A model generated the notes under the pieces. That model ran no database searches, was not told where the DNA came from, and saw only the letters and a program-made list of their open reading frames with translations. Below, one piece after another: positions 1 through 7,885 of a stretch of 32,000 nucleotides of DNA (the first letter of the stretch is position 1; every line of letters starts with the position of its first letter). The stretch is from Pseudoalteromonas tetraodonis (GTDB lineage Bacteria; Pseudomonadota; Gammaproteobacteria; Enterobacterales; Alteromonadaceae). The stretch is from assembly GCF_002310835.1 (NCBI RefSeq), contig NZ_CP011042.1, forward strand, positions 240,001-272,000, written 5' to 3'. The position numbers and the translations under genes are program-made.

Positions 1-41
1 TTTCATATATTGTTGTTGTATGCAAAACAAGACTACACTGT

Positions 42-398
42 ATGAATCAACTAAATCCTCTGCATTTTTTTAAATGTATCGCTGACGACACCCGCTTAAA
101 GACAATACTGCTTATTGCGCATGAAGATGAGTTATGTGTATGTGAATTAGTGGCGGCACTTGATGTAAGCCAGCCTAAAATTTCACGGCATTTAGCTGTA
201 TTACGTCAATGCGGTTTGCTTGCTGATCGTAAGCAAAATCAATGGGTGTTCTATAGCTTAAATAAATCACTACCTGATTGGGCGAAAGATGTAATTACAA
301 AAACATTACATGCCACCCCTACATTTTATGAGCATCAATTACAGCGTTTAAATGTGATGGGCAAGCGTCCTCAGCGAATTTTAAAATGCTGTGACTAA
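42..398 (+). CDS. arsR: ArsR/SmtB-family metalloregulatory repressor
   Basis: 118-aa ORF. Winged-HTH with the ELCVCEL cysteine pair just upstream of the recognition helix (SQPKISRHLAVLRQCGLL). First gene of a tightly spaced arsR-gapdh-arsJ operon. Confidence 0.85.
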   Translation: MNQLNPLHFFKCIADDTRLKTILLIAHEDELCVCELVAALDVSQPKISRHLAVLRQCGLLADRKQNQWVFYSLNKSLPDWAKDVITKTLHATPTFYEHQLQRLNVMGKRPQRILKCCD

Positions 399-414
399 CT
401 AAAGGAATTTTATA

Positions 415-1428
415 ATGACGATTAAAGTAGGCATAAATGGTTTTGGACGAATCGGACGTTTAACCTTACGAGCGGCAATTGATTGGCCTGAGGTTGAATT
501 TGTACATGTTAATGATGTGGCTGCTGATGCGAAAACACATGCCCATTTATTAGAATTTGACTCGGTTCACGGGCGCCTAAAATATGAGGTGCAAGCCGAT
601 GATAATAGTTTTTCTGTAGCAAAGCATACGGTTAAAGTAACGAATAATAAATCGATTGCAGAGACTGACTGGTCACAATGTGATGTGGTGATTGAAGCCA
701 GCGGTAAAATGAAAACCACAGAATTACTCAACGCTTATTTAGCGCAAGGTGTAAAGCGTGTGGTTGTTACTGCCCCAGTTAAAGAAGAGAGTGTTTTGAA
801 TGTGGTAATAGGGGTGAACGATCATCTTTATAATCCGCAGTTACATAAAATTGTTACCGCGGCTTCATGCACAACAAATTGTTTAGCGCCTGTGGTAAAA
901 GTATTGCAAGAAAAAGTAGGGATTAAGCATGGATCCATAACAACGATTCATGACATTACCAACACCCAAACCATTATAGATGCACCTCATAAAGATTTAC
1001 GTCGCGCGCGCTCATGCGGAACAAGTTTAATTCCTACCACTACCGGCAGTGCAACGGCTATTACGCAGATATTCCCTGAACTTAAAGGAAAATTAAACGG
1101 CCATGCGGTTCGAGTCCCCCTAACCAATGCATCAATTACTGATTGCGTGTTTGAACTAGAGCGTGGTGTAACCGAACAAGAAGTGAATGGATGGTTTAAG
1201 CAAGCGGCTAATAACGAGCTAAAAGGCATTTTAGGCTATGAAGAAAAGCCATTGGTATCTATTGATTACAAAACAGACCCTCGTAGCACAATTATAGATG
1301 CGCTTTCGACAATGGTTATAAACCACACTCAACTTAAACTCTATGCTTGGTATGATAATGAATGGGGTTATGCCAACCGGACTGCTGAGCTGATGCTCAA
1401 AGTAGGACAAAGTGATTTAGTAAACTAG
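415..1428 (+). CDS. gap: ArsJ-associated glyceraldehyde-3-phosphate dehydrogenase
   Basis: 337 aa. Rossmann motif [10 protein letters not shown], catalytic [10 protein letters not shown]-terminal [16 protein letters not shown] 8 nt upstream. Lies 16 nt after arsR and 15 nt before arsJ. Confidence 0.9.
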   Translation: MTIKVGINGFGRIGRLTLRAAIDWPEVEFVHVNDVAADAKTHAHLLEFDSVHGRLKYEVQADDNSFSVAKHTVKVTNNKSIAETDWSQCDVVIEASGKMKTTELLNAYLAQGVKRVVVTAPVKEESVLNVVIGVNDHLYNPQLHKIVTAASCTTNCLAPVVKVLQEKVGIKHGSITTIHDITNTQTIIDAPHKDLRRARSCGTSLIPTTTGSATAITQIFPELKGKLNGHAVRVPLTNASITDCVFELERGVTEQEVNGWFKQAANNELKGILGYEEKPLVSIDYKTDPRSTIIDALSTMVINHTQLKLYAWYDNEWGYANRTAELMLKVGQSDLVN

Positions 1429-1443
1429 TTCAGGGTATTGAAG

Positions 1444-2664
1444 ATGTTTTCGCAAATCGCCAATTTACCATCGGCTTTAAAACAGTATGGCATTATTACG
1501 GGTAATTACTGGGCTTTTACACTAACAGATGGCGCACTTCGCATGCTGGTGGTGCTGTATTTTCATCAGTTAGGGTATGGCGCGCTCGCGATTGCCATGC
1601 TGTTTGTGTTTTATGAGTTATTTGGGGTTATTACTAACTTAATTGGCGGTTGGTTAGGTGCGCATTTAGGTTTAAATAAAACCATGAACATAGGATTAGG
1701 GCTGCAAGTTGTGGCCTTAGCTATGTTGTGTGCACCAAGCGATTGGTTATCGGTAAGTTATGTAATGTTAGCGCAAGCCTTAAGTGGGGTTGCCAAAGAT
1801 CTCAATAAAATGAGCGCTAAAAGTGCGATTAAATATTTAGTTCCCGAAGGTGATAATCAGCAAAGCCAATTATACAAATGGATTGCTATATTAACGGGCT
1901 CTAAAAATGCATTAAAAGGAGTTGGCTTCTTTTTAGGGGGGCTATTACTTACTTTACTAGGATTTGTTGGAGCGTTAGTTGCTTTAATTATGCTTTTAAC
2001 TATCGCTTGGATCATTAGCTTAGTGTATTTAGAGGGTGATATAGGCAAAGCTAAAAATAAACCAAAATTTAAAGCGTTACTTTCTAAGTCTAGGGCGATT
2101 AATTTACTTAGTGCCGCTCGGTTTTGTTTATTTGCTGCTCGTGATGTATGGTTTGTTGTTGCATTGCCTGTTTATTTAGCCTCGCAATTTAATTGGCCAC
2201 ACTGGTGGGTTAGTGGTTTTATGGCACTATGGGTGATTGCTTATGGGGTAGTGCAATCTCAAGCACCAAAAATTACAGGCAAGTCACTTGTCAGTAATGA
2301 TGCGATAAAGAAAGCGTTTTACTGGGGGGGAGTATTGGCGTGTGTCACCTTGTTATTAGCTTGTTTGATGCAGTTTAATATAGCTGTAAACACTACGCTA
2401 ATTGTTGGGTTATTTATTTTTGGTGCTGCATTTGCTATTAACTCATCATTACACAGTTATTTGATTGTCAGCCTTGCTAAAAGTGATGGTGTTTCTTTGG
2501 ATGTAGGTTTTTATTACATGGCTAACGCTGCAGGAAGACTGGTCGGGACAGTACTTTCTGGTTTTATGTATAAAGTATATGGGCTGCAGGCCTGTTTGTG
2601 GGTAAGCGCTAGCTTACTTTTGCTCGTTTGTTTAATCACTCAACGGTTAACTAAACAAAGTTAG
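1444..2664 (+). CDS. arsJ: ArsJ organoarsenical (1-arseno-3-phosphoglycerate) efflux permease, MFS-like
   Basis: Polytopic membrane ORF with an N-terminal GNYWAFTLTDGALRMLVVLYFH motif typical of ArsJ, plus its gene context with arsR and gapdh. The ORF track starts at TTG 1438. ATG 1444 has better spacing to the AGGG Shine-Dalgarno, so I use it. Confidence 0.8.
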   Translation: MFSQIANLPSALKQYGIITGNYWAFTLTDGALRMLVVLYFHQLGYGALAIAMLFVFYELFGVITNLIGGWLGAHLGLNKTMNIGLGLQVVALAMLCAPSDWLSVSYVMLAQALSGVAKDLNKMSAKSAIKYLVPEGDNQQSQLYKWIAILTGSKNALKGVGFFLGGLLLTLLGFVGALVALIMLLTIAWIISLVYLEGDIGKAKNKPKFKALLSKSRAINLLSAARFCLFAARDVWFVVALPVYLASQFNWPHWWVSGFMALWVIAYGVVQSQAPKITGKSLVSNDAIKKAFYWGGVLACVTLLLACLMQFNIAVNTTLIVGLFIFGAAFAINSSLHSYLIVSLAKSDGVSLDVGFYYMANAAGRLVGTVLSGFMYKVYGLQACLWVSASLLLLVCLITQRLTKQS

Positions 2665-2777
2665 CCGAACACTAAATACTAAAATAAGTCACTAAACGGT
2701 ATTTCTGAAATATTTTATAGTATGTTCTTTTAATTGGTCTAAACTAAAAAATACATATGTAAGGTAAGGTAATTTTA

Positions 2778-4895
2778 ATGCGGGAAATAGCGTTAGCAAA
2801 AAAGTTATTGTGGATAAGTGTTGGAAGTATACTTTTAACGGTTGTACTATTTTCAGGAATATTGTGGTCTAAATTATCATCCAGTAATGCACAAACCTCT
2901 TCAGAGGCAGAAACATTAATTGTCAGTGAAGTAGATGGTCGATTAACCGCAAATGCAGCCGCATACGGTGAGAAAATTGCGGCATTTATCAATGAAGCTT
3001 ATCGGATCCCATACTCTCTTGGCAGTATTTTAGAAGACGCCGATAAAACATCCATAAACAGAGAATCTGTCGCTCTACTAAATCGCTCAATACTAGAAAG
3101 CAATGATGTTATTTCTAGTATTTACTCACAGTTTGAAAAAAATGGCTTTGATGGCAAAGATAGTGATTTTACCCAAGGGTACGATCATTCAGTTGCTGGA
3201 GCTGGCACACTAGAGGTTTATCTAACGAGAAATTCGAACGGCGTTGTTGAACAACAAGTAGTAGAAGATGCCTCAGAAAAATATGTTGATAAAATTAATG
3301 AATTCGGTTTACGTGAAGCTGAATGGTACTTGTGTGCAAAAGACAAATTAAAACCCTGTATCATGGAACCCTACCTCTATGAAATAACTCCGGGTTATTC
3401 TGAGATGATGACCTCTTTAGTGGTGCCTATTATTAAATCAGGTAAATTTGTTGGCGTAACAGGCGCGGATATTACACTACCTGTATTTCAAAAATTGACA
3501 GAAGAGCTTTCAAAAGCGCTTTATGATGGTAAAGCAAAAGTAACCTTACTTAGTCATTTGGGTTTAATTGTCGGTACGAGCCACTACAAAGAAAAACTAG
3601 GTCGCCCTTTAAAAGAAGCGGTTAGCGCTAAAAGTTATGAGAGTTATAAAGCTCTAAAAGGCACCAAAGGAACAAACAAACAAGGCGCTGAAATAATGGT
3701 GTCTTACCCGATTGAAATTAAGCTTGCTGATGTGAAATGGATGCTGCTAATTGAAGTTCCCGCTGAACTTGCCTTTGAAGGACCTATTCAATTAACTGCT
3801 GGCATGTCTGAGGCTGCAAAAGAGCTGGGTGTGATTATTTTGATCACGGGGACTGTGATTGCGGTATTGGCATTTATAGTAATGAAGCTTGTAGTAGGCA
3901 GTGTTGTAGCGCCACTTAAACAAATACAAGAACGTGTAGATAACCTAGCCAGCTCTGAAGGTGATTTAACACAAACACTACATGTGGATACGCATGCTGA
4001 GCTTATAGCTTTGGCCGGAGGATTTAATAAGTTTTTATCAAAACTGCGTGAACTTATTAGTGAGCTAAAAGCGGTCTCGGATCAAACCAAGCATCAAGGC
4101 GAAGTTACCTCAAATATTGCCGTAGAAACCAAGCATAATGTTCAGGCACAGTTTAAAGAAATTGAAAGTGTGGTGACGGCAATGAACGAAATGAGCGCGA
4201 CAGCACTTGAAGTGGCAAAAGCTTCTGAGCAATCTGCGCAACAAGCTGATGAAATCAATACCTTAGTGGTTAGCAGCGAGTCGAGTTTATCTTCTGCGAT
4301 GACCCAAGTTAAAACAATGTCTGAGGAAATCAAAGAAGCCAACCAAGCAGTCGAAAAAGTGGCCTCACGTAGTAATGATATTACGCAAATTTTGGATGTG
4401 ATCCGAACTATTTCTGAGCAAACAAATTTACTGGCATTGAATGCCGCCATTGAGGCTGCACGTGCCGGTGAACATGGTCGAGGTTTTGCTGTTGTTGCGG
4501 ATGAAGTTAGGGCTTTAGCGTCTAAAACTCGCTCATCCACCGACGATATTAGCAGCCTAATTGATAGCTTGTTATCAGAAGTAGGAAATGCCTCAACTGT
4601 CATTGAAAAAGGCGTTGTACGTGCTGAAAATGCAGTTGATGAAACTTCTACTGCCTTTGATGCACTGCACAGTGTTGTTGTAAAAGTGGATGAAATAACT
4701 AACCAAATCACCCATATTGCAACCGCAGCTGAAGAGCAAAGTTTGGTCACTGAAGAAATAAATCGTAATTTAACTATTATTTCTGATGCGGCATCTCAGC
4801 TCTCTGATTTATCTGCTCAGGCAGGCGATAGCAGCCAAGAACTCAATAAGTTGGTTGCACAGCAAGACGCTGAGCTGAATAAGTTGAAAACGTAA
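2778..4895 (+). CDS. Methyl-accepting chemotaxis protein (dCache-like periplasmic sensor, HAMP, MA signalling domain)
   Basis: 705 aa. TM1 ([21 protein letters not shown]), a periplasmic region of about 330 aa, TM2 ([20 protein letters not shown]). Conserved signalling hairpin [35 protein letters not shown]. Confidence 0.92.
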   Translation: MREIALAKKLLWISVGSILLTVVLFSGILWSKLSSSNAQTSSEAETLIVSEVDGRLTANAAAYGEKIAAFINEAYRIPYSLGSILEDADKTSINRESVALLNRSILESNDVISSIYSQFEKNGFDGKDSDFTQGYDHSVAGAGTLEVYLTRNSNGVVEQQVVEDASEKYVDKINEFGLREAEWYLCAKDKLKPCIMEPYLYEITPGYSEMMTSLVVPIIKSGKFVGVTGADITLPVFQKLTEELSKALYDGKAKVTLLSHLGLIVGTSHYKEKLGRPLKEAVSAKSYESYKALKGTKGTNKQGAEIMVSYPIEIKLADVKWMLLIEVPAELAFEGPIQLTAGMSEAAKELGVIILITGTVIAVLAFIVMKLVVGSVVAPLKQIQERVDNLASSEGDLTQTLHVDTHAELIALAGGFNKFLSKLRELISELKAVSDQTKHQGEVTSNIAVETKHNVQAQFKEIESVVTAMNEMSATALEVAKASEQSAQQADEINTLVVSSESSLSSAMTQVKTMSEEIKEANQAVEKVASRSNDITQILDVIRTISEQTNLLALNAAIEAARAGEHGRGFAVVADEVRALASKTRSSTDDISSLIDSLLSEVGNASTVIEKGVVRAENAVDETSTAFDALHSVVVKVDEITNQITHIATAAEEQSLVTEEINRNLTIISDAASQLSDLSAQAGDSSQELNKLVAQQDAELNKLKT

Positions 4896-4918
4896 ATTTT
4901 TTTATTTAGAGTTAAACA

Positions 4919-4952
4919 AGCGGCTAATTTAATACAGATTAGCCGCTTTTTT
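4919..4952 (+). terminator. Rho-independent terminator after the MCP gene (possibly bidirectional with the TetR gene)
   Basis: Perfect 10-bp stem AGCGGCTAAT (4919-4928) / ATTAGCCGCT (4938-4947), 9-nt loop, followed by a T6 run. Lies between convergent genes. Confidence 0.8.
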
Positions 4953-5020
4953 ATACGCTGAATAATCAAACTGAATATAAAAAGAGTTTATTTAAGCGCA
5001 AAGACAAGCACCCAATAGGA

Positions 5021-5608
5021 TTACAGTTTTTTGATTAGTACAAACATTTGGTTGATCATCGGCATCGCCAAATGCTCGACTGCAGGGCGATTAAAGTAAC
5101 CTCGTAATCCTGTAAATTGCACTTGGAAAAATTGTGCGTATGCAGTTGCAGTTAAATCACCGCTTAGCTCACCATTTTCAATAGCGCGGGTAAACAATGT
5201 GGTTAAATAAGATTCAAATTTAGTCAGTAAGCCTGCGCTTAACTCACTTAAAGCCGTGTCTTTTTCAGGAAATTCGGTATTTGCTTTTACTAACATACAA
5301 ATAGCACTTGGACTGCAGTCCTTGGTTTTAATAATTACATTTTCAACAAATGCCCGCAAACCACCTAAAATCGAATCAGAGTTTGCTATAAAGCCCTCAA
5401 TTTGGCTTTTCATCTGTACGGTGTAGTCTTTTAAAGATTCACTGTATAACCCTTCTTTAGAGCCAAATGCAGAGTAAATACTTCCTGGTCGCATATTTAT
5501 AGCTTCCTGTAAATCGCGGGTAGAAGTAGCATGAAAGCCTTTCTCCCAGAACAGCTGACTTGCCACGCGAACAACATGTTCACGTTCAAATTTAATTTTA
5601 TTGGCCAT
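5021..5608 (-). CDS. TetR/AcrR-family transcriptional regulator
   Basis: 195 aa. N-terminal TetR HTH (GFHATSTRDLQEAINMRPGSIYSAFGSKEGLY). Divergent from the AhpD-like gene. Confidence 0.9.
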   Translation of the reverse strand: MANKIKFEREHVVRVASQLFWEKGFHATSTRDLQEAINMRPGSIYSAFGSKEGLYSESLKDYTVQMKSQIEGFIANSDSILGGLRAFVENVIIKTKDCSPSAICMLVKANTEFPEKDTALSELSAGLLTKFESYLTTLFTRAIENGELSGDLTATAYAQFFQVQFTGLRGYFNRPAVEHLAMPMINQMFVLIKKL

Positions 5609-5624
5609 AATAGTTTCTATTAAT

Positions 5625-5663
5625 TTGAGCGACTGTTCAATTTTAACTTGAGCGACCGCTCAA
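5625..5663. promoter_or_regulatory. Two tandem TetR-type operator palindromes
   Basis: TTGAGCGACTGTTCAA (5625-5640, imperfect) and TTGAGCGACCGCTCAA (5648-5663, arms TTGAGCG/CGCTCAA). Same 9-nt left arm, 23-bp centre-to-centre spacing, in the divergent intergenic region. Confidence 0.55.
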
Positions 5664-5676
5664 AATCAAATAATAT
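5648..5676 (+). promoter_or_regulatory. Candidate sigma70 promoter of the AhpD-like gene, overlapped by the operator
   Basis: -35 TTGAGC (5648-5653), 17-nt spacer, -10 TAATAT (5671-5676), about 45 nt upstream of ATG 5723. Confidence 0.5.
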
Positions 5677-5722
5677 GTTTCTCAACACGACTTAATACTA
5701 TTTATTATATAGGAGCAAAACT

Positions 5723-6265
5723 ATGGCTGAATTTACCTTATACACGCAAGAAAATGTATCAGCAGAGGCAAAACCTTTATTAGCAGACTCTGTCGCCGCT
5801 TTTGGAATGTTGCCTAATCTTCATGCTGTGATGGCTGAGGCACCAACATTGCTAAAGGGTTATCAAGTACTGCATGAGTTATTTCAAAAAACATCGTTTA
5901 ATGCACAAGAGTTAACGGTTGTTTGGCAATCAATTAATGTTGAGCACGAGTGCCATTATTGTGTGCCAGCACACAGTGGTATAGCCGCTGCCATGAAGGT
6001 TGATGAGAATATTGTGGATGCATTAGTCAATAAAACCCCGCTTGCTGATCCTAAACTTGAGACACTTCGTGAGACAACGCTTGAAATGACACGAGAACGT
6101 GGTGTGTTAAGTCAGTCACAGCAGGAAAAGTTTTTTGCAGCAGGGTATACAAAACAACAGCTTCTTGAAATTGTGTTGGGTCTTGCGCAAAAGGTGATGA
6201 GTAATTACACCAACCACCTTGCAGATACGCCTGTTGATAATGCGTTTAAAAAATTTATAAAGTAA
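5723..6265 (+). CDS. Carboxymuconolactone decarboxylase-family / AhpD-like peroxidase-related protein
   Basis: 180 aa. ECHYCVPAH (CxxC-type AhpD-like active-site motif). AGGAG RBS 7 nt upstream. Confidence 0.8.
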   Translation: MAEFTLYTQENVSAEAKPLLADSVAAFGMLPNLHAVMAEAPTLLKGYQVLHELFQKTSFNAQELTVVWQSINVEHECHYCVPAHSGIAAAMKVDENIVDALVNKTPLADPKLETLRETTLEMTRERGVLSQSQQEKFFAAGYTKQQLLEIVLGLAQKVMSNYTNHLADTPVDNAFKKFIK

Positions 6266-6273
6266 CTTAAGAT

Positions 6274-6323
6274 CAGTGTTCTAGTTCTAATGGTAATTTT
6301 TAATAGCTAGAACACTGTTTTTT
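6274..6323 (+). terminator. Rho-independent terminator after the AhpD-like gene
   Basis: 11-bp stem CAGTGTTCTAG (6274-6284) / CTAGAACACTG (6307-6317) followed by T6 (6318-6323). Confidence 0.7.
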
Positions 6324-6341
6324 ATGAACTATTACATTTTG

Positions 6342-6372
6342 TAGGTATTACAAGGTAATAAAGTAATACCTA
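6342..6372 (-). terminator. Hairpin overlapping the stop codon of the 6370-6900 gene (possible terminator, no clear U-tract)
   Basis: 10-bp inverted repeat TAGGTATTAC (6342-6351) / GTAATACCTA (6363-6372), 11-nt loop. Confidence 0.35.
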
Positions 6373-6900
6373 TTTAAACTTAACTTCTTTATTGCTGCGA
6401 TAGTAGGTGCGAATTTGCGGCTTAGTCCATTCACCTTTTTTTAAATAACTGGTGGAAACAACAAATTGCTCATCTTTGAATTCACTAGTTGATTTAACTT
6501 TAGTGATTCCCTCTTGGCTGCCAGTGACGTCTTCATAAGCAACAAATTGTGTTGGGCTCAACACTTTCATGACTCCTTTGGTATAAAAGCCAGCCGTAGT
6601 AAAATAATAAAATACTAATGACTGTTTTTTGCGATCATAGAAAATCATTGATTCGCCCCCATACTCACCTTCATTTATAGAATGCGTAGTGCGAATGGCT
6701 TTACCATTTAAGGTGCGCTCCCATTTGGTCACATCTTGGGTTGGAAGCGGGTTTTTATCTATATGAAAATCAGCTTGCCAAGTACCTAAGTGAGGAGTGA
6801 ATACCGCAAGCTCAGGCTCTAGTAAATCCGTTTTATTATTTGCTTGAATACTGAATATACATAGTGAAAACAGCAGCATCGAAGCCTTTAAATATGTCAT
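6370..6900 (-). CDS. Secreted hypothetical protein (beta-rich, lipocalin/DUF1579-like guess only)
   Basis: 176 aa. Clear Sec signal peptide MTYLKASMLLFSLCIFSIQA-NN. AAGG RBS upstream. I recognise no motif with confidence. Confidence 0.6.
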   Translation of the reverse strand: MTYLKASMLLFSLCIFSIQANNKTDLLEPELAVFTPHLGTWQADFHIDKNPLPTQDVTKWERTLNGKAIRTTHSINEGEYGGESMIFYDRKKQSLVFYYFTTAGFYTKGVMKVLSPTQFVAYEDVTGSQEGITKVKSTSEFKDEQFVVSTSYLKKGEWTKPQIRTYYRSNKEVKFK

Positions 6901-7032
6901 AATTTAACCTTGGTGTTTCTTTTAATTATCTTCATTATAGGCGATTATTTTTTGATAAAAAGTAGCTTAATTATATTTTCCAGCTTGTTTATAGCCTTAT
7001 TTTGGTTAGCTTACTTAAATAATGAAGTTGAA

Positions 7033-7317
7033 ATGTACTTACCCATATATGTTTCATCGATCAGCTGTATTACATTTGTATATTACGCATGGGATAAGCG
7101 AAAAGCGGTACAATCAAACCATAAAAAGGTGAGTCGCATACCTGAACGACACTTACATCTATTGGCTTTATTTGGAGGATGGCCCGGTGCACTTATAGCG
7201 CAGCAAAGTTTACGGCATAAGTCACAAAAACGAGTTTTTATTGCAGTGCTATGGGTATGTATTGTAGTTAATATTAGTGTAATTAGTTATGCGTGGTTTG
7301 CCTATTACCGTATTTAA
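7033..7317 (+). CDS. DUF1294-family small membrane protein
   Basis: Motif WDKRKA...RIPERHLHLLALFGGWPGALIAQQSLRHKSQKRVF is the DUF1294 signature. The open frame extends to TTG 6910, only 9 nt from the divergent gene's ATG. ATG 7033 gives the usual family architecture of about 94 aa (one TM then DK). Confidence 0.65.
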   Translation: MYLPIYVSSISCITFVYYAWDKRKAVQSNHKKVSRIPERHLHLLALFGGWPGALIAQQSLRHKSQKRVFIAVLWVCIVVNISVISYAWFAYYRI

Positions 7318-7349
7318 AATGCCTTTATTGAGCGTAATAAAGGCATTTT
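7317..7349. terminator. Bidirectional rho-independent terminator between convergent genes
   Basis: Perfect 14-nt inverted repeat AAAATGCCTTTATT (7317-7329 region) / AATAAAGGCATTTT (7336-7349). ATTTTAAAT follows the stem on both strands. Confidence 0.7.
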
Positions 7350-7364
7350 AAATTGATAATTCGC

Positions 7365-7709
7365 TTATTGCGCAGACTGGCTTAGCTGTTTTTCATCTAG
7401 CTCAATAGTTAAGATGGTTTTTTTGTCAACCGTTACCCATTTTCTATAAGTCACATAGCCTGCCTTACTTACTTCGATATCATATTTACCTGCATCTAGT
7501 TCTATAGCGTCTTGATATACAGGCACTATATTCATAATGCGTACTCTAGAGTCTGCAGGGTTAGTAATAACAGTCAGTGATATCGGCGCATTCTCTTCGC
7601 TAACTTGAGGCGTTGGCTCAATAACTACTTCCTCTGTTTTATTTACACTAGAAGTTGTCGAACAACCCGTAAGTATAACGGCTGCAGCTAATAAGCTTAA
7701 ATTTTTCAT
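7365..7709 (-). CDS. Lipoprotein with PEGA-like beta-sandwich domain
   Basis: Lipobox MKNLSLLAAAVILTG-C. GGAG RBS 7 nt before ATG 7709. C-terminal NPADSRVRI...LDAGKYDIEVSKAGYVTYRKWVTV resembles the PEGA domain pattern. The ORF-track extension to 7781 lacks an RBS. Confidence 0.7.
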   Translation of the reverse strand: MKNLSLLAAAVILTGCSTTSSVNKTEEVVIEPTPQVSEENAPISLTVITNPADSRVRIMNIVPVYQDAIELDAGKYDIEVSKAGYVTYRKWVTVDKKTILTIELDEKQLSQSAQ

Positions 7710-7885
7710 AGGTACTCCATTAATTATAAAAAGTCTAAATATTTTAAAATCTTGGCGGAGTGTATGATGATGGAAATGCACTCGTCGTCCTTGACTTTAT
7801 TATGTATATTTTGGGTTAGTCTAATAGCTAACTAATCTATATTCAATTATATCTGTGTTATTTTTGAGCAATAAATAAGAGTTGT

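Noticed and set aside
2755-2771. GTAAGGTAAGGTAA mini tandem repeat upstream of the MCP gene
   Set aside because: Only about 2.8 copies of a 5-mer, and it coincides with the AAGG ribosome-binding site. No evidence of function beyond that.
4142-4750. 202-aa ORF antisense to the MCP signalling domain. The other antisense or alternate-frame ORFs in the track are the same kind of object: 987-1229, 1857-2048, 2744-2992, 9222-9503, 11557-11739, 12393-12641, 12883-13152, 13322-13573, 14366-14593, 15576-15758, 18897-19175, 19341-19610, 20381-20605, 20855-21058, 21338-21520, 22188-22379, 24082-24273, 24844-25032, 25213-25407, 25461-25655, 26531-26731, 27370-27561, 28660-28842 and 30046-30261.
   Set aside because: All lie inside or across strongly supported genes with recognisable family motifs. 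Their translations are low-complexity (S/A/L/I-rich) shadow frames with no RBS or recognisable motifs.
6910-7032. TTG-initiated 41-codon extension of the DUF1294 ORF
   Set aside because: The start would sit 9 nt from the divergent gene's ATG and inside its RBS and 5' region. The extension is an F/I/L-rich translation of AT-rich DNA. DUF1294 proteins usually start with one TM helix directly before the DK(R)xA motif. Not fully excluded.
7710-7781. N-terminal extension of the lipoprotein ORF (MHFHHHTLRQDF...)
   Set aside because: The internal ATG at 7709 has a GGAG RBS and yields a canonical lipoprotein signal peptide. The extension has neither.
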